From an uncultured Gemmatimonadaceae bacterium (GTDB lineage: Bacteria > Gemmatimonadota > Gemmatimonadetes > Gemmatimonadales > Gemmatimonadaceae), in assembly GCA_963751275.1 (NCBI GenBank), contig CAVVTZ010000007.1, forward strand, positions 128,001-192,000: 64,000 nucleotides of DNA, read 5' to 3'. Shown here one piece after another: positions 49,412 through 61,338 of the stretch (position 1 is its first letter; each line of letters starts with the position of its first letter). The notes under the pieces are model-generated. The model was not told the origin of the DNA. It was given only the letters and a program-made list of their open reading frames with translations, and searched no databases. A program made the translations under genes and the position numbers.

Positions 49412-49966
49412 TCAGCGGATGTCGGCCCGCGAGAGCGCGGCGCGCACCGCTTCGCGGATCGCGACGATCGCTTCGCGCCGCGCCGCGGGGGAGTCCTCGC
49501 GCACGTGGAGCTCGATGCCGTTGGCGACGGGCACCCGGTGCCAGACGGCTTCCGTGTCGGGCGCGGGCGTCTGGGCGCTCTCCGGACTGGCCGAGAGCGC
49601 GGGCGCCAGCGCCGTCGCCGCGCGGCGTTCCAGTGCGTCGCCGCTCTGGCCGGTGAGCTCCGCCTTGATCTTCTCCAGCGTCTGTCCTTCGCGCTGGCGG
49701 ATCTTGATGAAGAGCAGCTGGAGCAGGTGCCGGTAGCCGTAGGTGGCGGCGGTGCCCGTGCCGTCGGGCCGGTCGAGCAGGCCGCTCGCGACGTAGAAGC
49801 GGACCGCGCGGGCACTCGGCTCCGCGCGGGCCACCGCGTTGGTCGGCCGAAGCGCGGAGGCTTCGACGAGCGCGGTGGCGTGGGCGGCGAGCCCGCGGGC
49901 ATTCCACGGGGCGTGGCGCGCGTGGGCGCGCAGAAGGGGAACGGGTGAAGACGGCGACTCGGCCAT
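49412..49966 (-). CDS. MerR-family HTH regulator
   Basis: PSARAVRFYVASGLLDRP..YGYRHLLQL..G.TLEKI; W.R..VANGIELHV. Confidence 0.85.
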   Translation of the reverse strand: MAESPSSPVPLLRAHARHAPWNARGLAAHATALVEASALRPTNAVARAEPSARAVRFYVASGLLDRPDGTGTAATYGYRHLLQLLFIKIRQREGQTLEKIKAELTGQSGDALERRAATALAPALSASPESAQTPAPDTEAVWHRVPVANGIELHVREDSPAARREAIVAIREAVRAALSRADIR

Positions 49967-50080
49967 GCGGAACGATAACAGTCCACGTCCGGCACGGCGA
50001 GCGCCGCCGTGACCGGATGATGACGAAAGGCGGAGACCGCACTCGCGGTCCCCGCCTCAGCCGTCAGGAAGAAGCGGCGT

Positions 50081-50578
50081 TCAGCGCTTCTTGCCCTTCT
50101 TCTTGCCCTTGGCCGCTTTCTTCTTGGCCTTCTTCGCGGCCTTCTTCGCCTTCTTGCCACCGGATTTCTTCGCGGCCTTCTTGGCCTTCTTGGCCGCGGG
50201 CTTCTTGGCGGCTTTCGCTTTCTTGGCGGGCGCGGGCTTCGCCGCGGCGACGACCTTCACGGGCGCCTTGGCGCCGGCTCCCTTCCCCGACGCCGAGCCG
50301 CCGATGATCGTGGCACGGCTCGAGCCTGCGATCGGCACGATGCCGATCGTCTCCTCCTCGTCGATGACGACGGCCGGAGTGGCCTCTTCCTGCTCCTCTT
50401 CGTCCTCGGCGCTGTCCCAGAGCTCTTCGCCGCTCTGCTTGGTCATGCCCCAGCCGCCTTCCTCGTCCTCATCTTCATCGTATGAGGCACCGCCGCCTCC
50501 ACCGTATCCCATCTCTTCTTCGTCATCGTCGTGATCGGCGAATCGAAGTGTGTTATTGACATCGTTACCGCGCGGCAT
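50081..50578 (-). CDS. Bipolar low-complexity protein: acidic N-terminus, histone H1-like Lys/Ala C-terminus
   Basis: DHDDDEEE..DEDEDEE..EDEEEQEE followed by PAKKAKAAKKPAAKKAKKAAKK..; AGGAGG RBS. Confidence 0.8.
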   Translation of the reverse strand: MPRGNDVNNTLRFADHDDDEEEMGYGGGGGASYDEDEDEEGGWGMTKQSGEELWDSAEDEEEQEEATPAVVIDEEETIGIVPIAGSSRATIIGGSASGKGAGAKAPVKVVAAAKPAPAKKAKAAKKPAAKKAKKAAKKSGGKKAKKAAKKAKKKAAKGKKKGKKR

Positions 50579-50740
50579 GATCGCCTCCTGTCGGGTTTTT
50601 CGCTGGTCTCGGGAACACGGCCGGGCGGCCCAGGGTCGGGTTCGACCACCGTTTCCGAACTCCCCAATACAACACACTGTCGAATCCGTCAAGCATTATT
50701 TCGAACCGTTCTTGTGACACCGTGCTGCGAGCGTGCGTTG

Positions 50741-53700
50741 CTACGCGGCGCCGCCACTCGTGGCCGGCACCGGGCCGGCGGCGCGCCGCGCGGCCCGCGC
50801 GGCACTGCGGGCCTGGAGGCGCTGCTGGAAGGCATCAAGAGTACGTATACACCACCGGCGTGATGTAGAGCGTGATCAATTGCGAGAAGGCCAACCCGCC
50901 CACGACGGCGACGCCCAGGGGACGGCGCGACTCCGCGCCGGTGCCGGCGCCGATCGCAATGGGGAGCGTGCCCATGAGGGCCGCCATGGTGGTCATCATG
51001 ATCGGACGGAAGCGCACGACGCATGCTTCCAGGATCGCGTCGCGCGGCGATTTGTTGTGCTCGCGCTGCGTGTTGAGCGCGAAGTCGATCATCATGATCG
51101 CGTTCTTCTTCACGAGACCGATCAGCATGATGATGCCTACGAAGGCGTAGATGCTGAGTTCCATCCGGAAGATGAACAGCGTGAGCAGCGCGCCGAACCC
51201 GGCGAAGGGGAGGCCGGAGAGGATCGTGATCGGGTGGATGAAGCTCTCGTAGAGGACGCCGAGCACGATGTAGATGACGAGGATCGACAGGATCAGGAGC
51301 ATGAGCAGCCCCTGCTGCGCGGCCTGGAAGGCCTGCGCGGTGCCCGCGAACTGCGTGGTCACGCTGGCCGGGAGGATCTGGTCCGCGACCTTCTGCACAC
51401 GGTTCACCGCGTCGCCGAGCGCGACGCCGGGCTGGAGATTGAACGAGAGCGTGACGGCCGGCATCTGCCCGGAATGCCCCACCGTGAGCGGGCCCATGGA
51501 CGGCGTCAGCCGCGCGAGCGAGGCGAGCGGCACGAGATCGCCGGTCTTGCTCCGGATGTAGAGCAGGTTCAGCCCGGCCAGGTCCTTCTGATACTGGGGG
51601 AGCAGCTCCATGATCACCCAGTACTGGTTGTTCGGCGTGTAGATCGTGGAGACCTGCCGCGCGCCGTAGGCGTTGTACAGTGCGCCCTCGATGTCGCTGG
51701 CGCTCACGCCGAGGGAGGCCGCGCGGTCGCGGTCGATGTCGACGCTCACCTGCGGGCTGTGGATCTGCAGGTCGGTCGTGACGTCGGCCAGGCCGGGGAT
51801 CTTCTTCATCGCGGCGAGGGTGATGTCGGCGTACTTGTAGAGCGCGGCGATGTCGGCGCTCTGGAGCACGAACTGGTACTGGCTCTTGGTGCTTCGGCCG
51901 CCGATGTTGATGCTGGGCGGGTTGATCATGTACGCGCGAATGCCGGTGACCTGGTTGAGCTTCGGCGTCATGTAGGCGATCCACTCATCCGCGCTCATCG
52001 AGCGGTCCTTCCGCGGCTTGAGATGGATGAACATGCGCCCCTGATTGATCGTCGGGGAGCGGCCGCCCGCCCCGAGCGCCGACATGAATCCGGCGACGTT
52101 CGGATCGGCCTGCACGATGGCGGCCATCTCCTCCTGGTGACGGACCATCGACTCGAACGACGTTCCTTCGGGCGCATCGGTCGTGACGGAGACCTGGCCC
52201 TGGTCCTCGCTGGGAATGAATCCCTTGGGCACGATCGCGCCGAGGATGAACGTGCCGATCAGGATCGCGAGCGAGAAGAGCATCATGGCCGGGCGATGGT
52301 CCATCGCCCAGCGCAGTGTGCGCTCGTAGCCGCCGAGGACGCGCTCGTAGAAGCGCTCGATGGCATTGAAGAAGCGCCCCTGGTCCTGTCCGTGGACCGG
52401 GCGCAGGAAGCGGCTGCACAACATGGGCGTCAGCGTGAGCGACACGAAGCCGGACACGAGGATCGCGGCGCCGATGGTGACGGCGAATTCGTGGAAGAGG
52501 CGCCCAATGAGCCCGCCGAGGAAGAGCACGGGAATGAACACGGCGACGAGCGAGATCGTCATCGAGAGGATCGTGAAGCCGATCTCGCGCGATCCGTTGA
52601 GCGCCGCTTCGAGCGGCTTCTCACCCATTTCCATGTGGCGCACGATGTTCTCGAGCATCACGATGGCATCGTCCACGACGAATCCCACCGACAGCGTGAG
52701 CGCCATCAGGGACAGGTTGTCGAGACTGTAATTGAGCAGGTACATCACCGCGAAGGTCCCGACGAGCGACATCGGCAGCGCGAGGCTGGGGATGACCGTC
52801 GCCGGAATGTTCCGCAGGAACAGGAAGATCACGAGCACGACCAGCACCAGCGTCAACGAGAGCGTGAACTTCACGTCCGAGACCGAGTTCTGGATGCCCA
52901 CCGACCGGTCGTAGAGCGTTTCGACGGTGACGGAGGCGGGGAAGGTCGACTCGAGCTCGACCATCGCCTTCTTCACGGCTTCCGCGACGGCGACAGTGTT
53001 GGTGCCGGGCTGGCGCTGCACGGCGAGCACGATGGCGCGCGAGCCGTTGTACCAGCTCGCGACCTTGCTGTCCTGCACGCCATCGACGACCTGGCCGAGG
53101 TCCTGCAGGCGCACGGGCGCGCCGTTGCGATAGGCGACGATGAGCGGATCGAACGCCTTCGCGGTCTGGAGCTGTCCGTTCGCCTGCACGGTGTACGCTT
53201 TGTCGCTCCCCCAGAGCACGCCCGTGGGCAGATTCACGTTGCCGGCGGAGACGGCGCTCACGACTTCGTCGATGCCGATCTTGCGCACGGCCAGCGCCTG
53301 CGGATCGAGCTGGATCCGCACGGCGTACTTCTGCGAGCCGTAGACCTGCACCTGCGCGACACCCGCGACCATCGAGATGCGCTGCGCCAGATACGTCTCG
53401 CCGTACTCGTCCAGCTGCGAGAGCGGCAGCGTGGTGGATTGGAGCGCGAGATAGAGGATCGGCGCGGAGGACGGGTCCACCTTGCCGTACGACGGCGGGA
53501 TCATCCCCGGGGGGAGCTGGCTCAGCGTCTTGGCGATCGCCGACTGCACGTCCTGCGCGGCGGCGTCGATGTTGCGGTCGAGCGTGAACTGCAGCGAGAT
53601 GGAGGTCAGCCCCTGGCTGCTCTGCGACGACATCTGATCGATGCCGGCGATGGTCGAGAATTGCTTTTCGAGCGGCGTGGCGACGGACGACGCCATCGTC

Positions 53701-53870
53701 TCGGCGCTCGCGCCGGGGAGACTCGCCCCCACCGAGATGCTGGGATAGTCCACCGCCGGCAGGTCACTGACGGGAAGCTGGCGGTAGGCGACGGCGCCGA
53801 ACAGCAGGATGCCCGCCATGACGAGGGTCGTCATGACCGGACGGCGGATGAAGAGCGAGGAGATGTTCAT
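50741..53870 (-). CDS. RND efflux permease (MdtB/MdtC-like); frameshift near 50838 hides the true stop at 50741
   Basis: FIRRPV, GFVVDDAIV, GLVKKNAIMMIDF, RFRPIMMTT. Confidence 0.95.
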
Positions 53871-53877
53871 CGGACGT

Positions 53878-55017
53878 TCACTCCTTGGCGGTCGCGCCGG
53901 CGGCGCTCCCTCCGGCCGGCGGCGCTCCCTTGATCTGGACGTGCGAGCCGGCGGTCAGGCGGAGCTGGCCGTCGGTCACGACGGTCTCGCCTTCGGTCAG
54001 CCCCTGGTCGACCGTGGTCAGATCGCCGGCGATGCGGCCAACGGTGATCGGACGCGGGTCGGCGGTCAGGTCCTGCTTGATGACGAAGACGAAGGCGCCC
54101 TGCTGACCCTGCACGACGGCGGACGACGGGATCACGAGCGCATTCGCCTGCGTGAAGAGGTTGAGCGTCACGCTCACGAATTCACCGGGCCAGAGCGTGG
54201 CATCCTTGTTCTCGAACCGCGCCTTGAGCAGAATGGTTCCCGTCATCGTGTCCACGGCGTTGTCCACGAAGCTGAGCACGCCGGTGGAGGTGTTGCCCAC
54301 GCCGCTTGTGGAACCCGGATGCACCTGCACCGGGAGCGCGCCGCTGCCGTACTGGCGCAGCTGTGGGAGATGCACGACCGGCACGGCGAAGCGCACGAGG
54401 ATCGGCTGGATCTGGTTGATCGTCACGAGCGGCTGCCCGCCGGCCTTCACGAGATTCCCCTGCTTCACGAGGAGGCTGCCCGCGCGGCCGGAGATCGGCG
54501 AGCGGATCGAGGCGAACTGGAGATTCAGCTTCGCCGTCTCGACGTTCGCCTGGTCGGACGTGACCGTGGCGCGGTCCGCGACGACGGCGGTCTTCGCCTG
54601 CTCGTACTGCTGCGTGGTGACGTAGTCCTTCGCGACGAGCGCCTCGTATCGCGTGAGATCGAGCTCGGCGTTCGCGAGCTGGGCCTTGTCCCGCTGGAGG
54701 ATGCCCACCGACTGGTCGAGCGCGGCCTGGTAGGGGCGCGGATCGATCTGCAGGAGCAGCTGCCCCTCCTTCACATCCTCGCCCTCGTTGAACGCGACCT
54801 TGGTGAGCAGGCCGCCCACCTGCGAGACGATGGTGACCGTCTGCAGCGGCTCGGCGGTGCCCGTCCCATCGATCTGGTACGGGAGCGATTGGCGGACCAC
54901 CTTGGCGACGGTGACCGGGATCCCCTGCGGCGCATTCTCCGCCCCCTTGCCGCACGCGGCGGCGAGAGGAAGGAGGACGGCGAGGGCGAGCGAACGGCGA
55001 ATGTCGAACTGGGTCAT
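53878..55017 (-). CDS. RND periplasmic adaptor (MFP) lipoprotein
   Basis: Lipobox AAAC, IDPRPYQAAL, IRSPISGRAG, VDNAVD..TGTI, LWPGEFV. Confidence 0.93.
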   Translation of the reverse strand: MTQFDIRRSLALAVLLPLAAACGKGAENAPQGIPVTVAKVVRQSLPYQIDGTGTAEPLQTVTIVSQVGGLLTKVAFNEGEDVKEGQLLLQIDPRPYQAALDQSVGILQRDKAQLANAELDLTRYEALVAKDYVTTQQYEQAKTAVVADRATVTSDQANVETAKLNLQFASIRSPISGRAGSLLVKQGNLVKAGGQPLVTINQIQPILVRFAVPVVHLPQLRQYGSGALPVQVHPGSTSGVGNTSTGVLSFVDNAVDTMTGTILLKARFENKDATLWPGEFVSVTLNLFTQANALVIPSSAVVQGQQGAFVFVIKQDLTADPRPITVGRIAGDLTTVDQGLTEGETVVTDGQLRLTAGSHVQIKGAPPAGGSAAGATAKE

Positions 55018-56483
55018 TTTCTGGTCGCTGAGGAGTCGACGGCGATGCGCAGCGGATTCTCGCCGCGAACATCCAGGATGCCGATGTCATGGGCCAACTG
55101 TGCGAGCGCAGTGCGCCACACCCACCGCGTCTCGATCGCCTGCGCGCGGGCATCGGCCAGCGCGCTCTGGGCAGTGAGGAGATCGAGGATGGATCCGACG
55201 CCGGCCTTGTAGCGGCCGAGCGCCACCTCGGCGGATTGCGACGCGCTGGCGAGCAGGTCGTCGGCGGTGGTCACGCGTCGCGCGGCGGTCTGCATGGCGT
55301 AATACGAGGAGAAGACCTCGAGGATCACCTGCTGCCGGATGTTCTCGACCTGCGCGGTGGCGCCCCGCGCTTGCGCCTCGGCTTGCTGCTGATCGTAGGC
55401 CCGGGAGAAGCCCGCGAAGAGCGGGATCTTCACGCCGAAATTGATCGTGTAGACGGTGTTCCCGCTCACGAGCGCATTGAAGTAGCTGTGGCCGGCGGTG
55501 CCGTTGATCTCGAACGACGGCAGCCGCGCGCTCCGCACCTGTGAGACGTGCGCCTGGGCGGCGGCGGCTTCCGCGCGCGCCGCCGCGAGGTCCGGGCGCG
55601 CGTTCACCGCGCGCTCGATGAGCGTGTCGACGCTGTCGGTGACGACGCCGATCAGCAGCGGCGGGATGCCGGCGATGTCATACGGGAGATTGGCCGGGAG
55701 CCCCATCGCGTTCGCGAGCGAGCCACGTGTGGTGAGGATCCCGCCTTCGGTGGTCTCGAGCGCGAGCTGCGCCTGCGACAGCTGCGTCTTGGCCTGCAGC
55801 TCGTCGGCGATCGTGGCGAGTCCCTGCCGGCGCCGCTCGGTGGTGGCCTGATAGTTGGTCTGGGCCTCCTGCAGCGTGAGCAACTGGGCGGCGCGCAAGG
55901 CGCGGTTCGCGACGTAGTTGAAGTAGGCGGTCTGCACCTGGAGCACGACGTCCTGGATGGCGCCGTTGTGCGCCCAGTCGGCGGCGATGAGGGAGTTCTT
56001 CGCGAAGTCGATGGAGCCGGATCGCCCGCCGAGGTCGAACACCAGCCAGGAGAGCGAAGCGGTCGGGCCGCTGATCCATTCCTTCGCGCCGAGCCCGCCC
56101 GAACCATTGAGCTGTTGTGACGAGGTGCTGCTGACGCCGAGATCGACGGTGGGGAAGTACTGCCCTTGGGTGCTGCCGTACGCGGCCGCGGCGGCGCGGG
56201 CGTTCTCCCACGCGATGCGGGTGGTGGGATTGTTGCGCAGCGCGAGGTCGACGACATCGCCCAGGGTGAGCGAATCGACGCGCGCGGCCATGTCGGGCGG
56301 CAGCGTGACCGGTGCGGGCGCGGCGTGCGGCGCGGCGCTCTCGCGGTGGGCGGGGGGTGTCCACGGCGTGTTGGGCGCGGCGCTTGTTCCCTCGGCGCCA
56401 TCGATATGCGGCGTGCCGGTGCAGGCGAGCGTAAGAACGGCCGCAACGGCGGCCGTGAGGTGGCGAGGCAGACGAATGGTCAT
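55014..56483 (-). CDS. TolC-family outer-membrane efflux lipoprotein
   Basis: Lipobox TLAC, ALRNNP, two OEP repeats, RYKAGVGSILDLL. Confidence 0.92.
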   Translation of the reverse strand: MTIRLPRHLTAAVAAVLTLACTGTPHIDGAEGTSAAPNTPWTPPAHRESAAPHAAPAPVTLPPDMAARVDSLTLGDVVDLALRNNPTTRIAWENARAAAAAYGSTQGQYFPTVDLGVSSTSSQQLNGSGGLGAKEWISGPTASLSWLVFDLGGRSGSIDFAKNSLIAADWAHNGAIQDVVLQVQTAYFNYVANRALRAAQLLTLQEAQTNYQATTERRRQGLATIADELQAKTQLSQAQLALETTEGGILTTRGSLANAMGLPANLPYDIAGIPPLLIGVVTDSVDTLIERAVNARPDLAAARAEAAAAQAHVSQVRSARLPSFEINGTAGHSYFNALVSGNTVYTINFGVKIPLFAGFSRAYDQQQAEAQARGATAQVENIRQQVILEVFSSYYAMQTAARRVTTADDLLASASQSAEVALGRYKAGVGSILDLLTAQSALADARAQAIETRWVWRTALAQLAHDIGILDVRGENPLRIAVDSSATRK

Positions 56484-56560
56484 CACAGAGTGAAATGGTC
56501 CCGCCAATCTACGCGGGACTCCGCGAATTCGCTGTCGGCAGCCGGCCAGCCCGGCGCGCG

Positions 56561-57665
56561 CTACTCGATGAACGTCAGCGACCGTCTCCGCAGGACACAG
56601 CTCCGCAGTGCGCGGAAGACCCCGGGGTCGAGCCGTGCGCCGGCGGCGCCTTCGAGCAGCTCGATCGCTTCGCCGGGCTGGAGCGGCGCCCGGTAGGCGC
56701 GCTGCGAGGTGAGCGCGTCGAACGCATCGGCCGCGGCCAGGATGCGGCCGCCCAGGGAGATCGCCTCGCCCGCGAGACCGCGCGGGTACCCGGCGCCATC
56801 GAATTGCTCGTGATGGTCCTGGACATAGTCGAGCACGGGTCCGAGAATGCCGCAGCGGCGCGAGGATGTCGACGCCGATGCGGACGTGGTCGCGCACGTG
56901 ATCCTGCTCCTCGGGCGTGAGGGCGGCGGGCTTGTTCAGCACCGCCTCACGCGTGCCGATCTTGCCGATGTCGTGCAGGCGGCCGGCGAGGCGCACGGCC
57001 TCGATGGTGTCGGCATCGAGCCCGAGTTCGCCCGCGATGGAGGCGGCGAGCTCGGCGACGCGCTGCGAATGGCCGCGGAGGAAGACACTCTTCGCTTCCA
57101 TTGCGTTGATGAGCGTCTCGGCGATCTGGACGGTCACGTGGCGCAGGGCGGATTGTTCGCGCTCCAGCTCGCTGGTGCGCAACGCGACCTCATCGCGCAC
57201 CAGCCGTTCCACGCGGTTCTGTTCCCGGAGCAGGCCGCGGCGGTGCAGTGCGCGCTCCACCGCGCGCTGCAGGTCCTGGAGTTCCACCGGCTTCACGAGA
57301 TAATCGCAGGCGCCGCGCGCGAGCGCCTCCGTGGCGGTCGGCGCATTGTTCACGGCGGTGAGCATGACCACCGCGAGGTCGGGGTTCCTCTTGAGCGCCA
57401 CGGGGAGCAGCTCCATCCCGGTCATCCCCGGCATGCGCACATCGCAGAGGGCCACATTGCAATGGTCGCGGTCGAGCGCAGCCAGTGCGTCGGCGGCGGA
57501 GCCGACGGCGGTCACCGCGTACCCGCGCAGACGGAGGAAGCGCGAGAGCGCGGTGCGGATCGTCTCGTCGTCGTCGATGACCAGCACGCGCGGCGCGGCG
57601 ATGTCGGCGGCGCCGTCCATCGCCATCGCGATGCCCGCGGGGGTGGACGTGGTCACGCTGGTCAC
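56561..57665 (-). CDS. Response regulator with HD-GYP phosphodiesterase domain (frameshift near 56850)
   Basis: REC domain (VIDDD, CDVRMP, LVKP); GHSQRV, LHDIGKIG, HHEQFDGAGYP, ADAFDALTS.R.YR. Confidence 0.9.
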
Positions 57666-60344
57666 GCCGGCCGCTCGCCGCCCGCGGACGCGCGGCGGTC
57701 GGCGGGGAGGACGATGCGGAACGTGGAACCGCCGCCCGGCGCGCTCTCCACCTGCAACGTGCCGCCGTGCGTGTGCACGATCCCATAGCTCACGCTCAGG
57801 CCGAGCCCGGTGCCCTTGCCCTCGCCCTTCGTCGTGAAGAACGGTTCGAAGATGCGCGCCTGCAACTCGGGCGGCATGCCGACGCCGCTGTCGCTCACTT
57901 CGATCACCACGCGCGGGCCATCGTTCACGGTGCGCAGCCGCAGGGTGCGCCGCGGCGAGTGCGTCATGGCGTGCTCGGCGTTCACGATGAGGTTGAGCAG
58001 CACCTGCTGGAGTTGGCGGTCATCGCCGTGCAGCGGCCGGAGCCTGGGTTCGAGTCCGAGCTCCACCTCGACGCCGGCGGTGCGCAGCCCGTACTGGCGC
58101 AGGCGAAGGGTCTGCTCGATGAGCGCGTTCATGTCCACCGAGACGTAGCGGGGCCCCGACTTGCGGGCGAAGGTGAGCAGATCGCGGATGACGGCGACGG
58201 CGCGATCGGCCTCGCGCTTGATCATCTGCACGGCTTCGCGCTGCTCGGCGGTGAGCGTATCCTCCTGCAGCAGCTGCGCGAACGCGGAGATCCCGGCGAG
58301 CGGATTGTTCACCTCGTGTGCGACGCCGGCCACGAGTTCGCCGAGCGCCGCGAGCTTCTCCGACTGGCGGATCTGTTCCGCGAGCCGGCGCTCCTCATCG
58401 CGCATGCGGATGCTGTGGAGCGCGAGCGCGATCGAGGGGAGGAGCCGCGTGACCGTGGCGAGCCGGCGCGCGGCGCCGGGGACGGGCGCCCCGATGGCGA
58501 GGAGTCCCACGGCGTGGTCGCGCGCGACGACCGGCAGCACCGTGTCCCACTCGCCCGGAATGGCGGGCGCGACGCCGGCCGGGAGCGCGGTGTCGGCGAG
58601 GTCCGCGGCGTCGCCGCGCACGCCGGCGATCCGGAGGCCGGCGTCGGTGGTCTGTTCCACGGCGAGCGCCCACGCGCGCGAGGGCGCGACCTCATCGAGC
58701 AGGCGCAGGATCTCGCGGGCGGCCATATCGATGGTCGGTGCGCGCAGCGCGACGCGCGCGACCTCCGCGGCGGCCTCCGCCTCGAGGCGTTCGTGGCGCT
58801 CCGCCTCGAAGAGATGCGCGTTGGCGATCGCCGTGCCCGCCTGTCGCGCGATCAGCATCACGAGGTCCACGTCGCCCCAGTCGTAGGCATCGTTCGTGAA
58901 CGACTGGGCCTGCAGCACGCCGAGCACGCGGTCGCCGTGCACGATCGGAGCGCTGAGGAGCGCGGCCGGGCTGCGGGTGTCGCCGATCTCGACCATCGGG
59001 CCGGCCCAGCCCGCGGCCGTGCGCGACACGACGCTGGGCGCGCGCAAGCGGTACGCCTGGCTGGTGATCCCGTCGCCGAGCGGGAAACGCGGCAGGTCCG
59101 CGCACTCGATGGAGCGGCCCTCATCCACGACGTACTCGGGAATGAACTCCTGCCGCTCGTCGTCGAACCGCATGAGCGTGAAGCTGGGCGCGTCCACCAC
59201 GGAGGCGACGGCGCGGTAGATCTCGGCGTAGACCTCGGCGAGCGACAGCACGCCGGAGATCGCCTGCTGCACCTGGGCGACGGCGGAGAAGCGCGCGGCG
59301 CGCTGTTCCGCGCTCTCGAGCAGCAGCGCATTGCGGAGCGCGACGGCGGCGTGCGAGCTGAAGTCGGTGAGGAGCTGTCGTTGCTCCGGCTCGAAGCCCT
59401 GGAGGTCGCGGAAGCGCAGCGAGAGCAAACCGCGCGGACGGCCCTCGACGACGAGCGGCAGCATCGCGATCGCGTTAATGCCGCGCTCCAGCATCTGCCG
59501 GGAGATGGGACGGTCGCCCACATTGTGGAGATTGCGGCGGAAATCGGCGACACCGGTGGTGAGCGCGCGGCCGGCGAAGGTCTCCCAGAACGCGGGCATC
59601 ACGCGGTCCGCCATGTCGGCCGCCACGCCGGCAACGAAACCCATCTCCACGGCACGCGTGCCCGGATCGGCGAGGAAGATCGGAGATGCCGTCGGCGCCG
59701 AGCGATTGGTGGGCGATGCGCCAGATGTCGGCGTACATCGTTTGCGGCGAAACGTTGAGCGCCAGGCTGCGCGCCGACGTGGCGAGGATGCCCGCGTGGC
59801 GGAGCGTGCGCACGGAGGCGCGCAGGAGGCGCGCGTTCTCGATCGCGAGCGCGGCATGGTTCGCGAGTGCGAGCAGGATCTGTTCATCGTGCTCGCTGAA
59901 TTCGCGGCCCACCGCGCCGACGACGCTGATCGCGCCGACGGACCGCTGGCCCACGAGCAGGGGCGCGGCGACCATTTTGCGCGCCGGCGCGCCAGCCGGG
60001 TCGGGATGCACCTGCCGCGTCGGGCGGCCCATGCGCATTGCATCGGAGCAGCAGGCGTCGTCGAGCGCCATCCGCGCACCGACGCCGGGGCTCGATTCCC
60101 CCGCGACGCCCACGATCACGAATTCGCCCCCCTCGAGCATCCCGACCCGCGAACCCGACGCGCCGAGGAGCTCCACCGCGTGGCGCGCGATGAGCGCGAA
60201 GACGCGGGACAGCTCGGGCGATTGGTTGATCTCGTGCGCGATCTCAGCGAGCGCGCGCGCCTCGCGCGCACCCTGCGAGACATTGGTCGCGGGCGATGCG
60301 GCGAACTCTCGAACCGTCGGGTCCTTCGTGGTCGGCGAGGTCAT
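57662..60344 (-). CDS. Multi-GAF cytoplasmic sensor histidine kinase (frameshift near 59685)
   Basis: Repeated GAF ends (AALAIENARL, AAVALRNALL, AGTAIANAHL); AHEVNNPL; LNLIVNA, DSGVG, FFTTK, GTGLGL. Confidence 0.9.
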
Positions 60345-60484
60345 CTCAGCGGACACGCGCAACGGGGATTCGAGTGCGCGGCCGGAGGGCGGTGCGCGCG
60401 GATTCCAAAGAATACGGAGGTGTCCATCCTCGCGGCAGTGACGACCGCGTTAGACCTCTGTAACCCGCGCTGATTAAGGTGCTC

Positions 60485-61324
60485 TTAGCCGTCCGCGAAC
60501 TCCACGTTCACGCGATGCGGAATGACGCCGGCCTTCACGCCGCGCGCGAGCAATTCCGATACGGCTCGGCGGCCGCGCTCGCCGTAATCCAGCGTCCACG
60601 CGTTCACGTACATGCCGACGAAGGTGTCGGCCTTGTTGCGGTCGAGGCCGCGCGCGAACCGCATCGCGTGATCGAGCGCGCCCTTCCGGTGGTCCAGCGC
60701 GTACGCGATGCTGGCCTTCAAGTGTTTCGACACGAGGCGAACGGTGTCGGCACCGAGATCCTTGCGCACGACGTTGCCGCCGAGCGGGAGCGGGAGGCCG
60801 GTCTCCTCGCCCCACCAGACGCCCATGTCGGCAATGAGGTGCAGGCCGCGCTCGCCGAAGGTGAGTTGCCCCTCATGGATGAGCAGGCCGAGATCGACGT
60901 CGCCATTGACGACCGCGTCCTCGATCTTGTCGAAGTGCACGGGCACGGCTTCGAAATCCGGCTCGTAGAGGCGCAGGGCGAGATACGCGGTGGTGAGCGT
61001 GCCCGGGATCGCGATGCGTTTGCCCTTCACCTGCGCGCGGGTGAAGGGTTGGCGCGCCACCAGGCGCGGCCCATAGCCATCGCCGATCGACGCGCCGTGC
61101 GGGAGGAGGGCGTAGCGGTCGGTGAGATACGAGTACGCGTGGATCGAGACGGCGGTGACCTCGAGCTCCGCCTTCAGCGCGCGGCGGTTGAGGGTCTCGA
61201 TGTCCTGCAGCTCGTGGACGTAGCGGAGGTCGCCCGTGTCGATCTTCCCCTCGGCGAGCGCGTAGAACATGAACGCGTCGTCGGAGTCGGGGCTGTGGGC
61301 GACGTGGATCGTGCGAATGGTCAT
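60485..61324 (-). CDS. mqnD: MqnA/MqnD-family protein, probably 1,4-dihydroxy-6-naphthoate synthase (futalosine menaquinone pathway)
   Basis: AHSPDSDDAFMFYAL, DIETLN, GYGP, LLIHEGQL, LPLPLGG, MYVN. Confidence 0.85.
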   Translation of the reverse strand: MTIRTIHVAHSPDSDDAFMFYALAEGKIDTGDLRYVHELQDIETLNRRALKAELEVTAVSIHAYSYLTDRYALLPHGASIGDGYGPRLVARQPFTRAQVKGKRIAIPGTLTTAYLALRLYEPDFEAVPVHFDKIEDAVVNGDVDLGLLIHEGQLTFGERGLHLIADMGVWWGEETGLPLPLGGNVVRKDLGADTVRLVSKHLKASIAYALDHRKGALDHAMRFARGLDRNKADTFVGMYVNAWTLDYGERGRRAVSELLARGVKAGVIPHRVNVEFADG

Positions 61325-61338
61325 GTCGGGACGACGCG

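Noticed and set aside
50733..53933. 1066-aa plus-strand ORF and other long antisense ORFs (for example 21649..23847, 45553..47778, 57767..59758)
   Set aside because: Antisense shadows of well-supported genes, with no recognisable motifs.
55014..57665. Apparent 883-aa REC/HD-TolC fusion
   Set aside because: A frameshift near 56850 reads through; the GYP half with its own stop (56561) is in another frame, and TolC has its own lipoprotein signal from 56483.
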